38,172 nt of DNA. It comes from a virus. The DNA is taken from the UHGV virus genome UHGV-0200643. One strand, written 5' to 3'. Positions 18,516 through 25,890 of this stretch are shown here, piece after piece; within the stretch, counting starts at the first letter, position 1, and each line of letters opens with the position of its first letter. The translations under genes and the position numbers were made by a program. The notes beneath the pieces were generated by a model that made no database searches, had not been told where the DNA came from, and saw only the letters and a program-made list of their open reading frames with translations.

Positions 18516-20386
18516 TGTTTAAAACAAATAATGAGACAATCTTAATTGATGCTAAAGCAACCGATCCTATTCCTACAGGAGTGGTTTTTTGGTCTCACGA
18601 TAGAGGAACTGCGAAGCTGATTTTCCAACTTCAAAAAGACTATATGAATCAACCTCTTTCGGCAGGTACTATCGTACCAATTCTTCTAGAATTTAATTCT
18701 GACACAGCGGAGGGTGGTCGTGGCCGCCACATTTATCATGCGGTAATCGAAGATGCGATAAACGGAATTGTGTCGATTGTTTTAGAAGACAATATTTTAG
18801 GCTATGTCGGGCGTGTCACTGGTTCAATTTATATTGAATTACCTGATTCACGCTCATTAGATACCGCTGGACGTTTTACCTTTGACATCAAGCGAAGCCC
18901 GATTGATTTGAACACGCCTGAATTAGAGGATTATTACTGGCAAGGTTTCAACGAGATTATAGATGAGTATCATCAAACGATTAATACTATTAAATCAGAA
19001 GCTAAAGCATTGATTGATAGTCTAACTGCTGACGTTACGACAGCTCAAAGTAAGATCACTCAGTTAGAACAAAGTATCACGACAGCTAACACGAATTTGA
19101 ATGCTCGCATCGATGAAATAAATAAGAAGATTGATGACAATGACGTATTCACGAAAGCAGAATCCTCCGCAAACGTGATCGATAACATAGCTGGAACAGA
19201 GAAAGCTATACTGAAAAATGGCTTACTCATTGACGGTATTTCTGGAACAGGTGCTAGAGATGATAACGGTACATTAATTCCATTCGTTCAAGATGATTAC
19301 TATAAGCTTGCTAGTACTGATACGTATGTAAGGAATGAAACTCTAGTCAGCGGACGTGGTGCAGAAATTCAGTTTGATTTTAATGTAATTGAAACTTTAG
19401 AATCAAGATATCCAGCTATTTTTGAAAGCTCGACTACTATTGCAGAGAAAATTTCGAAATACAAAACAATCATTAAAAATGTGAATGCGAACATAATTAT
19501 TCGGGGTCGTGGAATTCATTCATCAACTAATGTTGCTACAAACTTTTCGCGATTATTTTTAAGCTGGGGGACTAACTATTCAAATAATACGAGCTTAGGA
19601 ATTGCTTCATCGAGTGATTTTTCAAAAATAAACTCTAATTTGTCTGTTCTAGGTATTAATAGTATTTCAAATAAAGGATATTATACGCTCTTTGCGGTGA
19701 CGCGAAGAACTGGCGCGTCTGATAATGGAGCCGTTTCTGACGGCGTAACGCCGGCCTGGGTAGAGGTCAAAGATATTTCCTTGACAGTGGAGTTAGAAGT
19801 TAATGGACGGACAATCATCGAGTCAATGATAGCGGCCAATCACGTAGAAAACTTGGCGACTCAAGAAGAGGCTGAAACGGGTGAAGATAACAAGAAGATT
19901 ATGACGCCGCTGCGAGTAATGCAGTCGATTAAAAAGTTCGTGGAGAATAAATTTGTAAGCATTGCTGGTAACGAGACTATTGGTGGTCTAAAAAACTTTC
20001 GAGACGGTCTAATGGTAAATGGAAATAATGTTCTTACACATAAAGGAGTAGTTACTATAAAATATTCCAATGCAGATTTTCCAACTGAAATTGCGAGTGG
20101 CTACATTACTTTTGTACGTTACAGTGATGTGATTCAAGCAGTGTTTAACTTCAAAACACGAATAGGCAATGATTTCGCAAAAGACCAATCTATTATTTGG
20201 GGTATCGCGGCTGATTTTCAGGCAGATACTTCCGAACCTCAATATATCGGAATAACAAGTACAGGCGGAACAACAAGCATAGTTAAATTTACTGCGGGCG
20301 GTTCCACTTTAACCGCGCACTCTATACTACTAAAAGATACCTGGTATGCTGGAACAGTCACGTACTTAGCTAAAAACAAATTATAG
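18515..20386 (+). CDS. BppU-family baseplate upper protein / receptor-binding tail protein
   Basis: 623 aa. The N-terminus (MFKTNNETILIDAKATDPIPTGVVFWSHDRGTAKLIFQLQKD) is typical of the BppU N-terminal domain. A central coiled-coil and a C-terminal beta-rich head are present. Confidence 0.6.
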   Translation: MFKTNNETILIDAKATDPIPTGVVFWSHDRGTAKLIFQLQKDYMNQPLSAGTIVPILLEFNSDTAEGGRGRHIYHAVIEDAINGIVSIVLEDNILGYVGRVTGSIYIELPDSRSLDTAGRFTFDIKRSPIDLNTPELEDYYWQGFNEIIDEYHQTINTIKSEAKALIDSLTADVTTAQSKITQLEQSITTANTNLNARIDEINKKIDDNDVFTKAESSANVIDNIAGTEKAILKNGLLIDGISGTGARDDNGTLIPFVQDDYYKLASTDTYVRNETLVSGRGAEIQFDFNVIETLESRYPAIFESSTTIAEKISKYKTIIKNVNANIIIRGRGIHSSTNVATNFSRLFLSWGTNYSNNTSLGIASSSDFSKINSNLSVLGINSISNKGYYTLFAVTRRTGASDNGAVSDGVTPAWVEVKDISLTVELEVNGRTIIESMIAANHVENLATQEEAETGEDNKKIMTPLRVMQSIKKFVENKFVSIAGNETIGGLKNFRDGLMVNGNNVLTHKGVVTIKYSNADFPTEIASGYITFVRYSDVIQAVFNFKTRIGNDFAKDQSIIWGIAADFQADTSEPQYIGITSTGGTTSIVKFTAGGSTLTAHSILLKDTWYAGTVTYLAKNKL

Positions 20387-20397
20387 GGGGAAGATAC

Positions 20398-20745
20398 ATG
20401 AAAACAATTTATGAAATTTTGTATCCGTTCGGGTGCAAAACAACAGAAGTGGCAGAGGATTTTGAAACAAAGTTTCCATACACGGAAGTAGAACCTGATG
20501 CCAATCGAGATCTAATGCTACAGTTCTTCGATGTGAAATTGAACGTATGGCGTCCAGTAGAATACATGGCAAGCACTGAGAAGATTAGTCTGTTAGAGAA
20601 CTTTTACACGAAAGCTACAGCTGATGTTAAAACCTTAACAAAGCAAAATGAGGTTCTTAACGACCAACTAACAGATACTCAATTAGCTTTAGCCGAAGTA
20701 TACGAAATGCTGGTACCAGACGATGCAGCAAAGGAGGTAGTATAG
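20398..20745 (+). CDS. Hypothetical tail-fiber-associated protein
   Basis: 115 aa. RBS GGGGGAAG. Confidence 0.4.
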   Translation: MKTIYEILYPFGCKTTEVAEDFETKFPYTEVEPDANRDLMLQFFDVKLNVWRPVEYMASTEKISLLENFYTKATADVKTLTKQNEVLNDQLTDTQLALAEVYEMLVPDDAAKEVV

Positions 20746-20859
20746 ATGGCAAATATTTACGTGAATTTAATCCAGAAAGGCCTGAAGACTATTGAAGAAG
20801 TTCCTAGAACAATCAGAAATGAAGTACAAGCAATCCTTGATGCAGAAACTGCGGATTAG
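20746..20859 (+). CDS. XkdX-like mini-protein (37 aa)
   Basis: MANIYVNLIQKGLKTIEEVPRTIRNEVQAILDAETAD. RBS AAGGAGG. Paralog of the following gene. Missing from the ORF track because it is under 60 aa. Confidence 0.45.
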   Translation: MANIYVNLIQKGLKTIEEVPRTIRNEVQAILDAETAD

Positions 20860-20896
20860 GATTGCTTTTTATTTACTCAGGAAGGAGGTGGAAGAA

Positions 20897-21022
20897 ATGG
20901 CCGTAGTATATGCGACTTTAATTATTAAAGGCAAGAAGACGATTGAACAAGTACCAGGTCTAATTCGCGAGCAAGTGAAAGAGATTCTAGTAGATATGGA
21001 TTTGCCAGAATTGGCAGAGTAA
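20897..21022 (+). CDS. XkdX-like mini-protein paralog (41 aa)
   Basis: MAVVYATLIIKGKKTIEQVPGLIREQVKEILVDMDLPELAE. Strong RBS GAAGGAGGTGG. The true start at ATG 20897 lies inside track ORF 20792..21022. Confidence 0.5.
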   Translation: MAVVYATLIIKGKKTIEQVPGLIREQVKEILVDMDLPELAE

Positions 21023-21026
21023 CAAT

Positions 21027-21058
21027 TTAGCCTCGTTTTTAACGGGGCTAATTATTTA
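21027..21058 (+). terminator. Intrinsic terminator between the tail genes and the lysis cassette
   Basis: TTAGCCTCGT-TTTTA-ACGGGGCTAA followed by TTATTT. Confidence 0.45.
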
Positions 21059-21059
21059 G

Positions 21060-21320
21060 TTGGAAGGCGGGGGAGTTTTGAAAGATGATACTGCACAAGA
21101 TGTTATTGAGCGCTTAGTGCGCATTGAAACAAAACTTGATAATTACGAGGCATTGAGAGAGAAGGCGGATGCTGCGAAAGATGTGGCGGATCACGCATAT
21201 TCTATTGCACTCAACAATGCTGATGACATCAAAGAAATTAAAGCAAACAATAAATGGTCATGGGGTTACATGATCGGTTTAGGTATTACTATATTAGGCT
21301 ATTTCTTAACGAAATTATAG
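21060..21320 (+). CDS. XhlA-like hemolysin-family lysis accessory protein
   Basis: Coiled-coil N-terminus plus a C-terminal TM segment (WSWGYMIGLGITILGYFLTKL). The TTG start could be 21060 or 21078. Confidence 0.5.
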   Translation: MEGGGVLKDDTAQDVIERLVRIETKLDNYEALREKADAAKDVADHAYSIALNNADDIKEIKANNKWSWGYMIGLGITILGYFLTKL

Positions 21321-21331
21321 GGGGGTTTGAA

Positions 21332-21529
21332 ATGATTTTACCGGACAAGTATTACCAAATTATTAAATGGGCGGTTCTCACAGTGTTGCCAGCTGCATCT
21401 GTTTTAGTTGGCACACTTGGAAAGGCATACGGTTGGGGTGGCGCAGATATGACTGTGCTAACAATTAATGCTGTAGCTACTTTTTTAGGAGTAGTTACAG
21501 GTGTCTCAGCATACAATTCGAAAAAATAG
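21332..21529 (+). CDS. Holin (small, two TM segments)
   Basis: MILPDKYYQIIKWAVLTVLPAASVLVGTLGKAYGWGGADMTVLTINAVATFLGVVTGVSAYNSKK. ATG 21332 with RBS AGGGGGG lies inside track ORF 21254..21529. Confidence 0.6.
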   Translation: MILPDKYYQIIKWAVLTVLPAASVLVGTLGKAYGWGGADMTVLTINAVATFLGVVTGVSAYNSKK

Positions 21530-21539
21530 GAGGAATCAC

Positions 21540-22547
21540 ATGAAAAAGAAAATTACGTTACTGAGCCTTTTACTGGCTCTTTTTTTATTGCCTATTAATG
21601 GGTTTGCTTACACGATCAATAACGAGTTCAATTTAGGGGCGAATGAAGGCAGTCCAATTAGAGCGAATCCTAATTACATTATTGCTCACGATACTGCAAA
21701 TCCTAGCGCAACAGGACGTAACGAAGCTACCTTTATGAAGCGCAATTGGATGAATGCCTACACTAGCTATATTGTTGGTGACGGTATTGTCTACCAAGTT
21801 GGTGAACCAGGTTATGTGCAGTACGGAGGTGGTTCGTATGCGAATTCCAATTCTCCAGTACAAATTGAGTTACAAGCCACACCCAACCCAGCGCTCTTTA
21901 AACAGAACTATAAAGTTTACATTGAATTAATCCGTGACAGTGCGAAACGGTTTAATATTCCTCTTACTGTAGACAGTCCAGTAGGCGGCAAAGGGGTCAT
22001 CAGTCACCAATACATTTCTACGAATTGGTGGGGCGATCATACGGACCCGTATGGCTATTTAGCAAGTCAAGGTGTGTCTCAAGCGCAATTTGCGCATGAT
22101 GTGAAGTATGGTTTTGAATCAAATCAAAACAAACCTGCACCGACTCCAAGCAAACCTGTAGATCCAACTACCGCTGGATCAGGATATTCCGTAATGAATG
22201 ATGGCAAAGGCAACCATGCTCATGTTGATCAGTGGGGGAGGATCGGAAACACCTTGAAGGCTCGTGGTTGGCATATCGCTAATTACAAGTATCAATATGT
22301 ATTTATTATTTATCGGACAACTGGGAAAGAACTCGCTCGTCAAAAAGCACCTGGAGTTGCGAGACCAGATGTTAACGCAGCGTATCGTACAACAGGAAGT
22401 GTTGGTTATGATGTGAACTTTAATGCGAAACAATTTAGTGGCAAGTCAATTGTCGTGATGACTCGTGCAACAAATGATGCTACTGGTAATGTCAGTGGTG
22501 GTCATCAAGATTTCTATGAGACACGCTGGTATCACGATATTAAGTAA
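21540..22547 (+). CDS. Endolysin: N-acetylmuramoyl-L-alanine amidase (Amidase_2/PGRP-like) with N-terminal signal peptide and C-terminal wall-binding region
   Basis: ATG 21540 follows RBS AGGAGG. The signal peptide is MKKKITLLSLLLALFLLPINGFA. Amidase_2-like motifs are IIAHDTANP...YIVGDG...NSNSPVQIELQ. Confidence 0.75.
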   Translation: MKKKITLLSLLLALFLLPINGFAYTINNEFNLGANEGSPIRANPNYIIAHDTANPSATGRNEATFMKRNWMNAYTSYIVGDGIVYQVGEPGYVQYGGGSYANSNSPVQIELQATPNPALFKQNYKVYIELIRDSAKRFNIPLTVDSPVGGKGVISHQYISTNWWGDHTDPYGYLASQGVSQAQFAHDVKYGFESNQNKPAPTPSKPVDPTTAGSGYSVMNDGKGNHAHVDQWGRIGNTLKARGWHIANYKYQYVFIIYRTTGKELARQKAPGVARPDVNAAYRTTGSVGYDVNFNAKQFSGKSIVVMTRATNDATGNVSGGHQDFYETRWYHDIK

Positions 22548-22556
22548 AGGAAAACA

Positions 22557-22576
22557 CCCTCTACAATCGTAGAGGG
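22557..22576 (+). terminator. Hairpin after the endolysin (CCCTCTAC-AATC-GTAGAGGG)
   Basis: Perfect 8-bp stem with a weak U-tract. A second weak hairpin lies at about 22600-22629. Confidence 0.4.
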
Positions 22577-22681
22577 CTTGCATTTATGATAAAATAAAAA
22601 AGAGCCTACCCGCAAAAGTGAAAGCTCTTCCTGTAGTTCATAAGTATATAGATATTATACCACACTTTTGGGGGAATTTAT

Positions 22682-22870
22682 ATGGGGAAAACTAACGAAA
22701 GGCTATTCCTAAGCGATTCAGAATTATCTGAATTGAAAAATATAATTGCATTTTCTTTGGAAGAAGGATATGGAGTTTATTACTCTGAAATAGAAACTAC
22801 AAAAAAAGTTTTACTCAAAATATTTCCAGAGGAATTTGAAAAGATAGTTCGAAATTCAATAGTGGAATAG
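22682..22870 (+). CDS. Moron gene 1: 62-aa hypothetical protein
   Basis: AT-rich compared with the flanking DNA. Lies between the lysin and attP. RBS GGGGGAA. Confidence 0.4.
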   Translation: MGKTNERLFLSDSELSELKNIIAFSLEEGYGVYYSEIETTKKVLLKIFPEEFEKIVRNSIVE

Positions 22871-22880
22871 AAAATCATCT

Positions 22881-23516
22881 ATGGATAAGAAAGAGCAAGC
22901 ATTGCTAAATGAGCGTCTGAAAAAGTTTTACCTGAGATTATTCGATGAATCGGATGTCTATTTATTACTGATTATGTTACGTCAGCACAGCAAAAAAAAC
23001 AGCATAGTATTTGAACTAGCTAATTTTGTTGCTCATAGGGAGCGTGATCGCGGAATGTTGCATAAGTACATTCTCGAAACGAAACTGAAAGCAGAAAAAA
23101 TAGGTGTAGAATCTACAACAATAGTAATAAAGGAAAGATTTAAAACTGCTGATCTTTTTAAAGATATAAACCAGATACTACTCGAATTAGAATTTTTACC
23201 TCTACCTAATGAAATATCTAATGAAATAATGGTGTGTGTAATATCACTTTTACAGGATGTTAAATTGGTGAATAACAATAAAATAATAGGTCATTTAGTG
23301 TTAGCTATATCTAAGGATGAGATTGAGCTTATGGGGAGCGTCAAACCAAAAGGAAAGATATATAAAACTACGAACATCAAAATTAATTTTCCGGTGTTAA
23401 AGGCAGAGAATATTTTCTATACTCCTATAACAAAAAGAGAAATAGAAAATACAGTCTTAACTGTTCGTGACGCAAGTGGTAAATTAGTATTAACTAACGT
23501 TGCAAAAAACGAATAA
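22881..23516 (+). CDS. Moron gene 2: 211-aa hypothetical protein (no recognisable family)
   Basis: AT-rich with distinct codon usage. Followed by a strong terminator. Confidence 0.5.
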   Translation: MDKKEQALLNERLKKFYLRLFDESDVYLLLIMLRQHSKKNSIVFELANFVAHRERDRGMLHKYILETKLKAEKIGVESTTIVIKERFKTADLFKDINQILLELEFLPLPNEISNEIMVCVISLLQDVKLVNNNKIIGHLVLAISKDEIELMGSVKPKGKIYKTTNIKINFPVLKAENIFYTPITKREIENTVLTVRDASGKLVLTNVAKNE

Positions 23517-23522
23517 ACAAAC

Positions 23523-23558
23523 AGCCCTCTACTTTTTAGTAGGGGGCTTTGTTTTTAT
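23523..23558 (+). terminator. Intrinsic terminator after the moron (AGCCCTCTACT-TTTT-AGTAGGGGGCT plus T-tract)
   Basis: 11-bp stem with one G-U pair, followed by TTTGTTTTT. The stem sequence is nearly identical to the hairpin at 22557-22576. Confidence 0.6.
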
Positions 23559-23638
23559 TATTTCAAAGAATTTGCTTTTGCAAACTCTAAAAAAGAAGGC
23601 GTGTGGACATGTAGTTGCAATTTTTCATTCAAAAATAA

Positions 23639-23668
23639 AAAAGCCCGAATGATCAGGCTTTCATCATT
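23639..23668 (-). terminator. Intrinsic terminator for the minus-strand gene 23653..23907
   Basis: On the minus strand this reads AGCCTGATCATTCGGGCT followed by TTTTTTATTTTTG. Confidence 0.5.
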
Positions 23669-23907
23669 TCAAATTCCATCATAATTTTCGTCTTTCCGAT
23701 TACCGCATATTTCTTCACAATGAACTGTTTCCTACTATTATATAAACCAGCAACAACTACATGCATGCCGTCTTCTACGTCAGCTAAAAAATTCAACGAG
23801 TGACCAGCAATCAAACAGCTAGTATCATCAAGCTTAAAATAGACGAGGGGACGTTCAGAATACTCTAATATTTTAACTTTGCTAACTAAACCTGTCATTG
23901 ACTCCAT
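23653..23907 (-). CDS. Small (84 aa) hypothetical protein under a LexA-box promoter
   Basis: ATG at 23907 has RBS GAGGAG 8 nt upstream. The track ORF starts at the TTG at 23922. A promoter with an embedded Cheo box lies directly upstream. Confidence 0.5.
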   Translation of the reverse strand: MESMTGLVSKVKILEYSERPLVYFKLDDTSCLIAGHSLNFLADVEDGMHVVVAGLYNSRKQFIVKKYAVIGKTKIMMEFEMMKA

Positions 23908-23935
23908 GCGATCACTCCTCAATTTTGTTAATTAT

Positions 23936-23964
23936 ATTATACGAACAAATGTTCGATAAGTAAA
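23936..23964 (-). promoter_or_regulatory. Sigma-A-type promoter (-35 TTTACT, 17-nt spacer, -10 TATAAT) with an embedded LexA/Cheo box CGAACAAATGTTCG (23942-23955)
   Basis: The minus strand reads TTTACT-TATCGAACATTTGTTCG-TATAAT. This is a perfect match to the Firmicutes LexA consensus CGAAC-N4-GTTCG. Confidence 0.55.
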
Positions 23965-23986
23965 GCATGAAAGATAGATATTTGAT

Positions 23987-24006
23987 GGTGATAGCACTGG
24001 TGATAG
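23987..24006 (+). repeat. attP arm-type repeats, left set (2 x GGTGATAG)
   Basis: GGTGATAG at 23987-23994 and 23999-24006. The second copy is ACTGGTGATAGTGAA. Confidence 0.5.
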
Positions 24007-24215
24007 TGAATAGTTTTTTGTGCATTCTATGAAGGTTTAATTTAGGGATAAAACCTTGATATAATGCGATTCTTTCTTCAATAAAATTAATGAATCAAGG
24101 TTTACGAACAAAAAGAATATGTTCGCTTTGCTTGGAAAACCAGGATTTGAAGATTTAGCAAAAGAATTAAACGATCGTTTATAAATCGCTGTTTCTAGCA
24201 GATTTAATAACGACT

Positions 24216-24269
24216 GGTGATAGAAACATGTTTGCTTCATCTGTTTTTTGGTGATAGAAAAGGTGATAG
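24216..24269 (+). repeat. attP arm-type repeats, right set (3 x GGTGATAG)
   Basis: GGTGATAG at 24216-24223, 24250-24257 and 24262-24269, immediately upstream of the integrase 3' end. Confidence 0.5.
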
Positions 24270-24290
24270 TGAACTTGAAAAAGCACTCAA

Positions 24291-25508
24291 TTACGAGTGC
24301 TTTTTCTTTTGCTCTTCAAGATAATCTTCGAACTTTTTCATCGATCGTTCTTTCACTTCTGGAGTGACCGAAGCATAAATTTGAGTAGTAGAAATATCCT
24401 TATGACCTAACAAATCTTTTATGTCATCTAAATCCACCCCAGCTTGTCTCATCCGAATAGCATAAGTGTGTCGGCCATCATGTATTTTAATGTGCTTTAG
24501 TTTTGCTCGTTTTGCGATGCGGGCAGAAGCGCCATTTACCGAACGATTACGGACGATTTTTCCTTTTGATTTGCTTGTCGTATAAATAAAGATATAATCA
24601 GAGTTTGTTTTTTGTAATGGTGTGATCCCAATCTGATCATAGAAGTATTTATAAAATTCCAGCAGCGCAAATTTTGTCCGCTGTGTAATCGGCAAATCAC
24701 GTTCACCAGCGGGAGTCTTAGGGTCGTCAATGATGATTGCATCTTTATTTTCGCCAGTTTCTGCTCGATACAAACGTTCACGTTCGATATTGACAAAGTT
24801 AGAAGAGAAATCAAAGTCTGACCAACGTAGTGCCATAACCTCAGCTTTCCTCAATCCACAATCAAATATCAGTAAAAAGAAGGGATACCAAAACGGTTCC
24901 TTTTCGTTCTTTGCTGACTCAAAAAATTGATTAACTTCATCAGAACTGTAGTGTGGTGGAATCTTTGGTCCCTTAGGAGCTAACGGGAATTCAACATATT
25001 GTGCAGGATTATCTTTTACATAGCCTAACTGGATTGCTTTTCTATATGCGCTTGATAGAGTTGCATTAACTGTTTTAACTGTATTAAACGATAACCCTTT
25101 TTTGCTCCGACCTTTTCCATCAAGAGAAAATAGCTTGTTGATAAATTTTTGGTGATCAGCCCTAGAATAGTTAGTTAAGCGATGTTTGCCGATGTAAGGA
25201 TTGATATACATCCTGATATTTTCTCGGTGAACGATACGAGTACCTTCTTTTACTTTCAATTTGTATTCAGTAATCCATACCTTTAAAAATTGTTCAATTG
25301 TCATATATTTAACATCATTTTTTTGATAATCACCTTTTGCAATTTCACCTTCAGTTATTTTTGCATAGTTGTTTGCTTCATCCCAAGATCTAAAACCTTT
25401 TTTGTGGATTTTATTTTGCCGCTTGGTCCCAGGATCGATACCATTCGAGATAAAGACCTCATATCTAAGTTCGCCACTTTTTAAGTTGTATGGTTTTATA
25501 GATGCCAT
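24291..25508 (-). CDS. int: Tyrosine integrase (phage integrase family)
   Basis: 405 aa. N-terminal SAM-like/arm-binding region. C-terminal catalytic motifs: R...HDGRHTYAIRMRQAG...LLGHKDISTTQIYASV (R-H-R-Y). Confidence 0.9.
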   Translation of the reverse strand: MASIKPYNLKSGELRYEVFISNGIDPGTKRQNKIHKKGFRSWDEANNYAKITEGEIAKGDYQKNDVKYMTIEQFLKVWITEYKLKVKEGTRIVHRENIRMYINPYIGKHRLTNYSRADHQKFINKLFSLDGKGRSKKGLSFNTVKTVNATLSSAYRKAIQLGYVKDNPAQYVEFPLAPKGPKIPPHYSSDEVNQFFESAKNEKEPFWYPFFLLIFDCGLRKAEVMALRWSDFDFSSNFVNIERERLYRAETGENKDAIIIDDPKTPAGERDLPITQRTKFALLEFYKYFYDQIGITPLQKTNSDYIFIYTTSKSKGKIVRNRSVNGASARIAKRAKLKHIKIHDGRHTYAIRMRQAGVDLDDIKDLLGHKDISTTQIYASVTPEVKERSMKKFEDYLEEQKKKHS

Positions 25509-25614
25509 AAAATCATTCCTTTCGGATTATTTAGAGAAAAATTCATAAATGTCCGTATTCAATACGCACAATACTTCTAATTAGGACTTTAATCGTATTA
25601 TTGTCACTTTAATT

Positions 25615-25628
25615 CGAACTTATGTTCG
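25615..25628 (+). promoter_or_regulatory. Second LexA/Cheo box CGAACTTATGTTCG upstream of int
   Basis: Perfect CGAAC-N4-GTTCG, about 107 bp upstream of the int start codon on the minus strand and downstream of the terminator at 25631-25660. Confidence 0.45.
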
Positions 25629-25630
25629 TT

Positions 25631-25660
25631 TGAGGGTTAAAAAGAAAAGCCCGAAGGCTA
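25631..25660 (-). terminator. Intrinsic terminator (minus strand) after the small ORF 25668..25820
   Basis: On the minus strand this reads AGCCTTCGGGCT followed by TTTCTTTTTAA. Confidence 0.5.
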
Positions 25661-25667
25661 ATCTTAA

Positions 25668-25820
25668 TCTTTTTCTCGTAAGACTTTTTCAATGTCTTTT
25701 TTCGCTTGCACGTAGTAGTTAGCTACTTGCTTGGCAGATTTGTGATCTAAGTCCACTTTTTCCAAATAAATGATCGCTACATCGTGAGCCGCTTTTCTAA
25801 TTTCTTCATCTGACATTTCG
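25668..25820 (-). CDS. Small 50-aa ORF (MSDEEIRKAAHDVAIIYLEKVDLDHKSAKQVANYYVQAKKDIEKVLREKD)
   Basis: Followed by a terminator. Missing from the ORF track because it is under 60 aa. A credible coding periodicity. Confidence 0.35.
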
Positions 25821-25890
25821 ATTCACCTTCTTTCAGATGGATATCAAACAATTCCTATTGATTAAAAAACTGTAGGATGATAATTTAACA

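Noticed and set aside
24103-24123. CGAACA-N9-TGTTCG palindrome as a third LexA box
   Set aside because: The spacing is N9 (11 bp between the GAAC and GTTC cores) rather than N4, so it is not a canonical Cheo box. It may be an unrelated palindrome within attP.
24037-24240. 67-aa minus-strand ORF inside the attP core region
   Set aside because: It lies within the repeat-rich attachment region, has no RBS, and has odd composition. It is more likely non-coding.
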